Assembly (NCBI RefSeq): GCF_009914755.1
Contig: NC_060926.1
Length of the DNA: 64,000 nt
DNA from: the human T2T-CHM13v2.0 reference genome, Homo sapiens
Reading direction: 5' to 3' (one strand)
Below the pieces are notes generated by a model. The model was not told the origin of the DNA, made no database searches, and was given only the letters and a program-made list of their open reading frames with translations. The position numbers and the translations under genes were made by a program. Of this stretch, positions 43,821-56,760 are shown in pieces. How positions within the stretch are numbered: position 1 is the stretch's first letter; each line of letters starts with the position of its first letter.

Positions 43821-45268
43821 CAGATTTTAAGTGAGTCTATTCAGGAAACAAACTCACAGTGCCAGAATAAGATATAGCTACAGATTCTCTGTGAGGAAAA
43901 ATATGCTATGTGAGGATTTATATCCCATAATAATGAAATGCAGCACTGTAGCATGGCATGCTTTCACACAAAACCTTCACCATAAAATGCATGACTTTGG
44001 CGTTCAGAAAAATATGCAGATATCCATAGCCTATAGGTAGAGAAGCATATCAATATTTTAGCTTCTCTAATGCTTTTGAATAAAGACTTTATATTCGCTG
44101 TTTTCATTCCAAGCTTTTTCTCTTTATTTATTTTTGCTTTTCCCCGGAGAAGCACCATGAAGGGACTTCATGGCCTCACGCCTCTGGACTAGACATCATT
44201 TAAAGCTAAAGATAAAGAAAAAATAAGAACTGAACAACACAAAAAAGAATGAATTGATTTTTTCCTCAGCCATAATAATTACTCCTTACTTTTTAAAACA
44301 CACAAAATAATTTTCCTTTTGTTTGTGATGGCCTTGATAATGAGCTTTTCACCACAATGGTTTAAAAAGTGACATTCATAGATAATACTTGGAAACTTTA
44401 AATAAAAGAAACTGTCGAGAACTGAAAAGAATAGAGTTTCATTCTGCTCCTGATCTTTGCTTTTTTTTTTCCATTTCTATCAATGCCTGTCCAGTGATAC
44501 TTACCCGTCTTATCTAATGGCTGAGTCACTATCAGAAATAATAAAATCCACTCACACGAGGAAATATAAAAATGTGCGTTGTCATATTTGCTATTTTATA
44601 AATTTGAACTGCATGGCGCCCTTGTATTTGGTAACTGTCACTTGTCTCTAGACTCTGCTTTGAGTCAAAGAAAATTCAAGTCTCCATAATTTAGAATGGA
44701 AAAGGTAGCATAGCTTTGAAAATAGTTCAAAAACAATCATCTTAGGGAGCTATCCATCAGCTGTCATTTTCCTCTGAAATACCTGTATTTCCTCCTTGCT
44801 CTTGTGTCTGTTTGCCAGTAGGAGAACAATACAGTAGCCTGTATTTTTACTTATCAATAAATGTGAAACTGGATGCACATGATGTCTGTGTATTTTTCCC
44901 TTTTCATTTTTAATATCAGTTAACAAACTCTATGTGAGTGTTTAGTTGAAGAAGGATTGAAGAACATGGCAGTCAGGTAACATAACATTGAACACTAGAT
45001 TTAGTTCATCATTATATTTTAAACTAAGTTTCCTTAGTCCCACACTTATTTGTAATAAACCCTAAGAAGTGGGGGAATAAAGGATACCTTTCTTTTCCTT
45101 CCCACAGGGAAGCAACTATTTTCTTATAAGCCATCAGAAGGGAGAAAAGCTGAATGAGATGAATCGAATTCCACTATCTTCATTTATGTATTTATTATTT
45201 TAATCCCTCATTCATTGAATCACATATTTATTTAATAAATATGGTCTAACCATGGTAGACTAATTTTT

Positions 45269-45574
<306 letters not shown>

Positions 45575-45619
45575 CTAGACTAATTTTTAAAAAATTAGTT
45601 TAAAAAATTATGATAAGCT

Positions 45620-46170
45620 AAATTGTCTAGTGTACAATATTATGTTATGCACTGAAAAAGAGACATGGGACTTACCATTTGGGGTGACGGACAATAAACA
45701 CTTAATCGAATATACCTGGAGTAGGTACTATTAGAACACAGATTTGTGGACCAGCAGGGCAGGGGCAGGCAGAATTGGCATTAGTTTAGATAAGATGGCT
45801 GAGAAAGCACACTTTGTGGAGGTAGCTTTGAGTTAATGCTTGATAAAGAAAGAGCAGGTGGTGGCTACATAAAGACTTGGAGAAAATGCCTTTTGAGAAG
45901 CAGGGAGAGCTGAGGTGATGGCACTTAGACTGGATGAAGCTTGGTCTGTTCAAGAAAGTGCAAGGATGCTGTGTGACTGGAAAATTGTCACTTCGGGGTC
46001 ATGGAGGGAATGGAGACAAATGTTGAACAGGGGCTTTCTCGTGTAGCATCTTAAAGCTGTGACACTTCACTGGAAGCTATTACAGGATTTTATTAGCACA
46101 ATGACAAGAAAATTCATCTATAGTTTAAAAGAATATTCTAGCTGTCAACTGGAGAGAACCTGTGCAGAGG
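45620..46170 (-). mobile_element. L2 fragment
   Basis: agataagatggctgagaaagcacactttgtggaggtagctttgagt..gcttggtctgttcaagaaagtgcaagg..actggaagctattacagga. Confidence 0.55.
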
Positions 46171-46989
46171 CAAAGATTTCTTAAAGGAAGAATTCAGTCA
46201 TAATGGTTTACTTATTTCACTTGAGATATGACTATAATTTGACAGATTTTTAAAAAACATATGTGAAATGTATATATTCAAAGATGCGTGGTGTTGTGAA
46301 TCACAACCCTAAGAATATATTCTTATAACTCTAACAATATCACTTTTGAAAATAACAGATTTAAACATACTTTTGGGAGGAGTTCAGAGCCTGTACCTTT
46401 ACCTAGAATGACGGCATGTTTTGTAACTTTGATTAGTGAATCTGATTTTTAAGAACAGAATAAAAACATTTGGAGTCTTATCTAGTGAACAGCATGGGTT
46501 AATAAAAAGGGTGATGTGTACTTTGGTGAGAACATGACTAACATTTTGTTTTTATTGTAAAAACATTTTCAAAGTTCAAGTTGCAAAAAAGTTTTAAGCA
46601 ATTGCAATATCTTTGGAATAGGTGATCTCTTCTGCCCCCAGATGGTGATGGTTTTTCTCACCTCTAAGCTTCCAGTACAATTTAACCTTTATCTCCCATA
46701 AGAAATGAATCACTTGGGTGTGGTGTCTTACAAGCACTCTCATATTGTCTTCCTGGCAACACTGGAAACTATTGAGAGTGGAATCATGCTTTTTGCATTA
46801 TTTATCTTTCTTGGTCCAGTGCAACTGGTACTTAGATGATCATCTTTACCTACCCAAGTCCCAACTCAGCTAACCTGAATAATTGTGCCATTTTCAAACT
46901 CAACTTTGCCCAGCCTTAGAATTCAGCAAAGCCTGGTCTGGTGACACTAGGACTCTCTGTTCACTAACTAGTGGAACTTGGAGAAAATC

Positions 46990-48170
46990 TCCATTGGAAT
47001 GTGCAAGTTGATGGGACTAGAAAGACTAGAAGTAATTTCTTTGCCTTTCCTCTATATGTATTACTTTCTTTTACACATTTCTAATTTATTTTGTTTTCAT
47101 TCTCTTGATTGCTTTTGTTTTCCAAAGTCTCTTGCCATAACTATATTTTCAGTCAAATCTAATTTTCCATGGGCACCTAATAATCTGATCTATGTTTCTG
47201 AGATAATTATGTCTTTTTCTTGGAATTTTTCATGATTTTAGTCAACTCTTATGTTATACATTTAGTTTTATCATTATTTCTCTTCTGATTTGGCATGGAC
47301 TTTCATATCTGCCAAATAATGTTTGTTTAATTTATATTGTAGTATTGAGTTGCAGTTTTATTCTGTTTTCCAGTTTAGGTTTCTGTTAACACCTTAATCA
47401 ATTGAATAATTTTGATTGCCACTTTCTGTTTTGTTTAGTTTTTTATGTGTCACTTTGCATGAGTTGTTCCTGCCATTTTGTTGTTATTCATTTTTAAATG
47501 TGATAGAGTTTTCAGGGCAAGCAATAAAAGGTGAAATATGGAAGGCTTGAGTAGTTACTAGACTTCTTAGTTTAGTAGAATTCTCTTTTATTGATATAGA
47601 GCAGTTTGATTTCTTTAACTAACTCTACATATTGGGAATGGGTTGGTGCATCTTCTGATTCTACAATCTATTTTTGTTTTGTTTTGTTTTATGGACCACT
47701 AAAGGATTGCTTGCTTTCTTCTTTTCTCTTCTTCCCAAATCTTCAAACTATTCCATTTCCTTCCAAATTGCTTCAATCTGCTCTAGAGTTTTACCTTCTC
47801 AGAATTGCCACCTCTAATCCCATGCACTTTCAAGCCAATTCCTTTTGAAGCCGTTAGAGTTCTAATCCATAAGGTGTCAAACCTGCTCCTGCTTTCCGTA
47901 CATTTTCCCATCAGGATGGGATTGAATAATTCTGAGGGTTAGGTTTACTGAGTTGCATGACCTGCTGGTACTCTCCTCTTTTTTTGTGGAAGCTAAGACT
48001 GACTCAGCTTTCTGCCAGGGTGTCAGAGATTACTGCTAATTTCAGGTGTTTATTCTTGCACTTACATACAAATAGAAGTTTTTGTATTGTTTTCCCTGCT
48101 ATGTTGTATTTGTGGGTTATAGGTGGATTTATCTGATATCCTTATTAAACGGTATTCTTTTTGGAAGATT
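46990..48170 (-). mobile_element. Very old L1M/HAL1-like fragment
   Basis: Long T-rich strand-biased stretch resembling antisense ORF1/5' region; family not resolvable by eye. Confidence 0.35.
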
Positions 48171-48674
48171 TGTGGCTATGTGTGCTGTTACTTGGATTCA
48201 ATTATCATGAAGAGCAGCAGTACAGTAACATTTAGAGCTATGTTATGAACTATTCTATTATTTATTTCATATTCACTTTAGAATACCTAACTTGACTATT
48301 TCACATGCTTGGACATACAGAAGATTTCCTTAGTTTTTTCCCTTTATTTGCAAAATACCTGATTCTATACTTATACACAGGTATTAATTTAACAATCACC
48401 TTCAAGAGGGCACTAATTATTTCAGCTAATTTTTCATGGCTCAATACATGTGTTAGATCCCAGCACAAAATGTACTCTAATAGATTTTGGACAGAAAAGT
48501 CATGCATTTGAGCCAATTATCTATGTTAGAAAACTCTTCTAAGTGGGTTTAAGCCAATGATACCTACTGAAAAATAACTCCATTGGGTCATGTGCCATCA
48601 CCATTACTAAGCAACTATAAGAACCAACTATAATAACGTAATGCAGATATTCACGGTCTAAGAAGGCAACCACT

Positions 48675-48900
48675 GTGTGGCAGACAGAACATGAACTTTG
48701 ACATCAAATTGAATTATTTCATTTTAGATTTGCCACTTATTAGGCCCGTTCAAAATTAGTTATTCTGTCTCAGTTTTTAATTTTAATTGTAAAATAGATG
48801 TAATAATACCTGCTTCATAGAATCCTTGTTATATATAAATGAGATAATATATTGAAAACACTTAGCAAATTATTAGGTAGAAAATATACATTCAAAATTT
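48675..48900 (+). mobile_element. MIR SINE
   Basis: tctgtctcagttttt..tgtaaaatagatgtaataatacctgcttcatag..aaatgagataatatattgaaaacacttagca. Confidence 0.8.
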
Positions 48901-49109
48901 TTTTTGTATCTTCCCCCTTGGAGAAATGGTAACTGCGTAAAAGATCATGGTTCTGCCATCACTTTCTAGTTCTTACAATCTTTTAATTTATAGAATTATT
49001 AATTTCTCTGATATGAGAATAAGTGATCACCATATTTTAAGTGGTTTATTAATAATTCACAAACAAGAATATTGTAGTAATTGACTATTTGATGTTAAGG
49101 ATTCTAATT

Positions 49110-49996
49110 GTTACAAATTATGCATATGATATCCAATATCTACAAGGAACTCAAACTAATAAAAAAAAATTAAAAAGCGGGCAGAGGACATGAATAGACA
49201 TTTCTAAAAAGAAGATATACAATGGCCAATAAATATATGAAAAAATGCCCAACATCACTAATCATCAGGGAAATGCTAATTAAAACTGCAATGAGATACC
49301 ACCCTACCCCTGCCAGAATGGCCATTATTAAAAAGTCAAAAACGGTAGATATTGGTGTGGGTATGGTGTACACTGCTAGTGGGAATGTAAATTAGTGCAA
49401 CCTCTTTGGAAAACAGCATGGAGATTTCTCAGAGAACTAAAAGTAGATCTACTATTCAATCTAGCAATCTGAATACTGGTATCTTCTCAAAGGAAAAAAA
49501 GTCACGATATCAAAAAACACCTGCGCGCATATGTTTATCACAGCACAGTTCACAAATGCAAAGATATATAATCAACCTAAGTGCCCATTAACCAGAATGG
49601 ATAAAGAAACTGTGGTATATATACACCATGGAATACTATTCAGCCTCAGAAAACAAAGTAACTTTTTTTTTTTTTTTTTTTTTTGCAGCAACTTGGATGG
49701 AACTGGAGGCCATTATTCTAAATGAAGTAACTCTGGAATCAAACACCAGATATTGCATCTTCTCTTATAAGTGGGAGCTAAATTATGGGTGCATAAAGGC
49801 ATACAGAGTACTATAATGGACATTGGACATGTAGAAGCGGGGAGAGTGGGAAGGGGGTGAGCGATGAAAAACTACCTAGTTGGTACAATGTACACTACTC
49901 AGGTGATGAGTACCATAACACAATTCATCCGTGTAATCAAAAACAACTTGTACCCCTAAAGCTATTGAAATTAAATAGTAATAAAATAAAATAAAA
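49110..49996 (+). mobile_element. L1PB-type 3' fragment
   Basis: tctacaaggaactcaaac..aaagtagatctac..ataagtgggagctaaattatggg..cttgtacccctaaagctattgaaat with A-rich tail; possible TSD aaggatt(c/g)t(a/g)att. Confidence 0.92.
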
Positions 49997-50862
49997 AGGA
50001 TTGTGATTTCCAACCTCAAACTGGGGAAACATAGTAAAAAGGATTTGCTCCCAACTCTAGTTGCTGGGGGAATTCCAATTACTTTGTTCTCTACCAATTA
50101 AATTAAATCTTTATACATCAAAAAGGTATTTTCTAAAAGTTTCTCATCACATGTGCAAAGGTATAATACCTTAAATGAAGTAATTTTGAATTAAACAAAT
50201 GAATAGAGCTGTTAGTGGGATTTATAGTACCCAAGAATCATCTCAGAATGTACTTCACAGATTGCTTCCTTATATTACAGAATGAATACGATTTTATATC
50301 TGAAGAAACAAATCTGCACATTAAGTAATCAATGTTTCTCATGATACACACTTGGTATTATTTCTGGGAATACTAAAGCTGGCATAACCTAGTTAAAATA
50401 GTACAATTTATTTAACTACATGCAAGTCCTTTTGGAGTAAAAACTGCTGCTTACTACATGTGAAGAGAAACAATGACCTTCCTGCTTTGGGAATTCTCAA
50501 AGGTATTTAACAAAATTTTTATTTAAAATTACTTTTTGCTCTACTCCCCCTCAAAGCCCTGTTACATAATTCCTCTGTCTACTTGAATGCCTCTTAGATT
50601 TGAAAAACAAAAAGTGGGGAAAGGGTGAAAGGAGAAGAGGGATATAAAGGCACATTCAGTCACAGAATCTGTACAGAAAAATCCTCAACAAGCAGAATGG
50701 ATTGAAAAATTCAAGCATGACTAAAAAGTACATTCCCCACTAGTCAGTAGATTTTGCTTCCTATTTGTCACTGCCACCTTGGAGAGCGGGGAGCATTAAT
50801 AATGCATGGGTGCTAGGAATGTATTAGCAACTAACCTTGCGAAGAAAATCAGCTGGGGACCC

Positions 50863-50901
50863 AGTGTGTGTGTGTGTGTGAAAGAGAGAGACAGAGAGAG
50901 A
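50863..50901. repeat. (TG)n(GA)n compound microsatellite
   Basis: gtgtgtgtgtgtgtgtgaaagagagagacagagagag. Confidence 0.85.
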
Positions 50902-51859
50902 AAGGCAGAGTGAATGTGCACACATACTCTAGAGTATCCTTATTTATTGAAAAGATCTGGAGAGCAGTGTCAGGTTCATACGCAACTATGTATCATTGTA
51001 AAGGAAAGCTGGAAATCCTTGGAATGGGGCCATAATTGAGTTCATTGATCACACTCATGAATTTCTATCAGGGCACTGTATTGCCTACTCTTTATGTAAC
51101 ACAAAGAAATTTCCTTGGGAAGGTAAATGTATTTATACATTTAGGCAAATACAAAGTTTTAGTACGTTATGTCTTATGTATCTGTCTTACAGAAACCTGA
51201 GCAAGTGTATTTCTTAAATATGTTCTGTGCGATTTGAAATCTACTTTAGGATGTAGTATCTACCACAGATATATTTATTGTGATATGTGGATGTCAATTC
51301 TGATTCTAGAATTCCCACTTAAAAAAAATAAACAAGCAAATGAACAAACATCCAAAAACTTACTAGCTCAGAATAGTGAGGTTGCTCCTGCCCTTAAAAT
51401 AAACCTTATTTTTTAAAATGCATTTGAAAATCTTTTTCTAGCTACTTCGAACTGAAACCAACTCAGTTTTTGTGAAGTTACAACTTGTCTGTGAAGATGC
51501 CACCATATGACTGCTTAGCCCTGCTGACTCTGGGCTTCAGCCTAATGTGGGGCTTCTCCCCAGAGAATGCGCCATGCTCTGTCCCTAGCACTCCCCCTTA
51601 ACCGCATCATCTCACCCAGTATCAATGACTTATCAAACTATTGAATTGATTGTGGAAGAAGATAGATAATAATGAACCAAAGGAATACATTTGTAAAATA
51701 TTTATATTTTAAGCCAACAGCCTTCAATTCAAAATATTAAATTATTACACAGGGGTTTGAATTTTCATATCTAAAGATTTTTTACTAAAAATATTTGTTA
51801 ATATGAAAATATGTGAACATGGAATGTTTTAATTTATTTACTATTGGGTTTTTATTATG

Positions 51860-52250
51860 ATTTTTTGAAACTTTATTTATGGCAAAATGTCAAACATACT
51901 GAAAAGTTGAAATATTTTTCATGTATTTCAATATATTTCATATATTCATTGGGTAGTTTGTACAATTAACATGTTACTCTACTTGCTTAATCACGTGTCT
52001 AATCATCCCTTTCCCATTCATCTATTTTAATATTTTTTTACATGTCAAAGTAAGTAGCAGATACTACTATACTTCCTCCTGGATTGTTTGGCATTCACAT
52101 CATTTGCTAGAATTCAATATTTGTTTATACTTCTTTTGATAAAAAATTTATATACAGTGAAATACCCAAGTCATAAACATATGTCAATAGGCTCTATGAA
52201 ATGCATACAATTGTGTAACATAAATCTCTTCCAAGATAGAGTATTATCAA
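51860..52250 (-). mobile_element. L1MC/MD-type 3' UTR fragment
   Basis: caaacatactgaaaagttgaaa..tcaaagtaagtagcagatac..aaatttatatacagtgaaat. Confidence 0.6.
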
Positions 52251-52399
52251 CTTATTATTTTCTTAGCTTCTTGACACTATTTAATTTTGAAGAAAAAGTT
52301 AAGCCCAAATACTACAGCTAATAGATTTGCCCACAAAAAGTATTTAATCATTATTTAAGAAGACCGGATTTTGGCATCCTAAGAGGATCATGTGATTAA

Positions 52400-52793
<394 letters not shown>

Positions 52794-54209
52794 CATTATT
52801 TTCTTAACAGTTTCTGTTGAACTTAATTAAAGTTTTATCAATTCTTCTTTAATTATTATCATTATCATTATTATTATTTCCCTTAATTTCTCATTTGGGA
52901 AAGCATCCCAGAACAATTTCATTTTTTTTTAACCAACTTCCCCTTAACTATTTTTCCTCCTCCCTCCCCTTAACCCTATATGCACATATACATTCAAAGA
53001 AAGCCTAATGGAATAGTTACCAAATTAATTCATGTTACTTAAAGCATACACAATACATACAAAATAAATCTTTTTACACAAGGAAGTTCTGAGATGAATG
53101 AATAAATGGTACAGAAATTACTTGAGTCACATTTATTTGTGTTAGTTGATATTCTTTGAAGCAAATTACAAAATACTAGATTGAGCTGTGTTTTCAGAAA
53201 TGCATTTCAAGATTTACTATCAACTGTTTCATGTGGGAAAATATGTATATTTCCCTAAGTAAAAAAAATAATTTTTTAATAAAAAAATTCCTGAAAGCAT
53301 TTATAAGCACCCACTCATATAAAGACACATAAACACACAATACTGAGACTTCTTATTCCTCAGAAAAGAACACTTTAAAGATTTAGAAACCATCTAATAT
53401 GTACCCATTGAAACAAATGATCTTTATTAAAACCTCCATCATGTGCCCATTCAAACCGGATTCTCTACAACGTAGCTAATGTATTTTTTGAAAAGAAAGT
53501 AACCATTGGAAATAACTGATAGCCTGCACATTTTGTTAACATCTTCCAATATTTTAACAGAAATTCAATTTCTTTGACTTTAAGTGAGAAATTGTAATTA
53601 ATTCATTCTTCCCATGGGGGACAGAAATGTATGGAACCTGGCCTTACTTTCCCTGCTAGGTGATTTTAGCTGATAGGTTGAGATTTCTTTATTGCTGACT
53701 TAAAAATACGAATACTTTGGGGTTTTCCATGTAATCCCATTAGGATATTATCCAATTTCTCTTCACATTTTTGTTTTTAATTGCTGAACTGATGTAATCC
53801 CAGTATTTCTTTTTGGGATACATTTCAGCAATTTATTTAAACAAGAAAACTAGCATCCAAAAGAAGTATTAACCAGAAAAGTTCAATTCAAAAAATCTTT
53901 ATGGCAAAATCATGAGCCACCTGGAAGCTGAAAGATGTGCAATTAATAGGAACAAGAGCTACAGTTCTCCTAACAGCTAAATTCCAAGGTGATCCACTTA
54001 TTCCCTCCTTAGAGTGTGCTACCGTGCAAAGGTCCTAACAAGTTTTCTTGCTTCACAAAATTGTGGGTTAATAAGCTGTTAATTTTTCATTAAAATTATT
54101 CTAGTAGTAAAATTGGTAGCTAAGACATTTGTCAGTCCATTAAAATGTATATTAATTCAAAAATGTAAAAAATCAAATTCATTTTGCAAAAGATGGTGCA
54201 CGAAATATA

Positions 54210-54375
54210 AAATTTAAGCAGAACAAGAGGAATATGGAGTGCTGGGAAGGGATATGGGTTGCAGTTTTAAAGAGGGTAGAATATCATCTTGATTGAAAAG
54301 CTAACATCTGAGTAACAACTAGAAGGAAGTAAGAGACTGAACTATATTGATATTGGGGAAAGTTCTTCTGAACAA
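54210..54375 (-). mobile_element. L2 fragment
   Basis: gcagttttaaagagggtag..ctaacatctgagtaacaactagaaggaagtaagag. Confidence 0.6.
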
Positions 54376-54599
54376 AATCTCTAAGCACCTCTGGTCCCCA
54401 AATTAATGGGACTGCCAGCGGGCTTACAAGTGATATATGGGGGTTAATTATACATGGTAAACTCTACTTGGCAATATCCCCACAATAACACTTTCTCCTT
54501 AATATGCACACACACATTCACAAAAACACACAGAGAGAGTGAAAGTGTCGCAGGCTATAATATATATCCAGGCAAACAACTAAATATTTATCTTTGAAA

Positions 54600-56450
54600 T
54601 GAATAAGACAAGAATTCCAGGGATAGCCAAAAAATGCTCTACTCCATTTCAATGCCTTAAAATAAAGCCCCTTTTATTTTGACAGATGTTGGATTGCAGC
54701 CCCAAAGCCTGCACAAAAGACCACTGCTGAACACAAAGCAAAAAAGGGAGAGTGAATCCATTCATGGCTTCCACTCAGAATCACTACCAAGAGAAGAGAC
54801 CTAGCAAAAATCAAATGCATTAACAAGAGTATTGGGGCTATAGTGCATCCAGAAAACACAAATGTAATTGTAGAAAGAAATGTTGTTAGACAAATAAAAC
54901 CTCGTAGAGATTTTTTTTAAAAGGGCTGTTAAAAAATTCAACATGATTATAAATAGAGAAATAATTCAAAAACAAAAGAATTAGAAAATATGAAACACAA
55001 ACACATGAAACTAGATGTTTATTTGTTCCACAAATGAAAAAAGGGATGTGAGAAGACATGTTCAGCAACATAAAAGGTCTCCATGATTACTCTGCTCAAT
55101 GAGGATGAAAGGATTAATGAATATACATATTATGGCAAAATGTCAAAACATTAACGATAAACAGAATACCTTAAAAACTTGTAGAGAAGAAAAAAGTTAT
55201 AAAAAACAAAATACATATAAAAAATAGAATTATTCTAGCATAATAAATTTTTTCAAAGCCAATGGATGCTCGATGAAAAAGGTACAATGCTTTTAAAATT
55301 TTATACCCAGAAAAACTGTCATTCAAGTAAAATAAAATCATGAAGATTTTCAACATGCAAGGCCACATAACATTTATCGTTCATACATTTCTCTTAGGGG
55401 AATACTGGAAGATAAATTACAGTCAAAGGAGAGAATAAATCCCAAAAGAGGAAGGCAAGTAGTCCAGGAAACAATGACTACAAGTCTGCAAACTTTGAAG
55501 AATAGCCTGAAAGAAGCCTCTGTAACACATTAGAAGGCAATTGTTCCCAATTGGAGAAGGCTTATAGCCTTCAGTGAAAAGGTTGCTAAGGAAAAGGGAG
55601 CCTTGAAGAAGGAGAAATTGTGATTGAAAGGTTAGGATAATTTGTGAATAGGAAAATGTCAGATGACAGATAAAAAGAAAATTAGAAAAGCCCAGGTAAA
55701 CAACATGCAATAAAAATATAGAAGAAAGTCATGGTCCAAGTATAAAGCAAATTAAAATGAAGTATGCTTTAAAACAATTGAGAGCTAAAATAAGAAGAAC
55801 ACATTTTAATTTTAAATATTTGTTCATTTATATCCAATTGGCTCAAGAAAATAACACTGTGCACGTAACAAATGAGAAGTATCTTAATAGAGAACTTAGC
55901 CCCTTGTTTAACAATATTTACTACTTCCTATTATTATTGAAAGTGCTATTTATAGGTAAGAGAGCCAATCTACTGTCAAGGTATGGGAGACTAGGTTGTG
56001 ATTGCAAGATGAAAATAATATGTTTCAACTTATACCTTCTATACCTAACACAGAGTCCATAATAAATATGACTCCTCATTAATATTTGAAGAATAAATAA
56101 ATACATAAACTTCAACGGTGGAGAAGTACAATTGAGAGAAGATAAGATGTAACAAAACGGAAGAAAGGAAGAGGAAAATGTAGTCTCCAATTTACAAAAT
56201 GTGGAGTCAGAAACTATTGAAAGAGGAACAAAAAATATGGCTTTTAATATATCATTTAAATTACAATAGCAACTAATGAAAAACTAAGAATAATAAAGTC
56301 ACTCAAACAATAGAATGCAAAGGGGAAATTGTTAATATAGAGTAAATACTCTTATTCCATATCATGAAGTCAATAGATATTTTTCTGGAAGAGGTGTAAG
56401 TATATTATCAAAAATTATAAGAATTCCTTTCAGAAAAATGAAAGTTATAA
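54600..56450 (+). mobile_element. HAL1 or old L1 ORF1-like region
   Basis: aattttatacccagaaaaactgtcattcaag..gattttcaacatgcaagg..aatactggaagat resembles the ORF1 C-terminal region of HAL1; no ORF2 follows. Confidence 0.6.
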
Positions 56451-56457
56451 GTATTAG

Positions 56458-56760
56458 ATTATACCAAGTGAAAGAAGCCAGGCACAGAATGCCAAATATT
56501 GTATGATTCCATTTATATAAAATATCCAGAATAGGTAAATCTATAGAGACAGAATGTGATTTGGTGGTTGCCAGGACTGGAGTAAGGGACAGTGTGAGCA
56601 GCAGTTTAATGGGTGTGGGGCTTCATTTAGGAGTGATGAAATTTTGGGGGGATCTAGAGGGAGGTGGTGATTGCACAATACTGAGAAGGTACTAAATGCC
56701 ACTGACACGTTCATTTGAAAATGGTGAGTTTTATGTTATATGAATTTCACCTCAAAAAAA
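56458..56760 (+). mobile_element. L1MB-type 3' end
   Basis: aagtgaaagaagccagg..tattgtatgattccatttatat..ggtggttgccagg..atgttatatgaatttcacctcaaaaaaa. Confidence 0.88.

Noticed and set aside
43580-43834. Repetitive LPS-rich ORF
   Set aside because: Translation of a pyrimidine microsatellite
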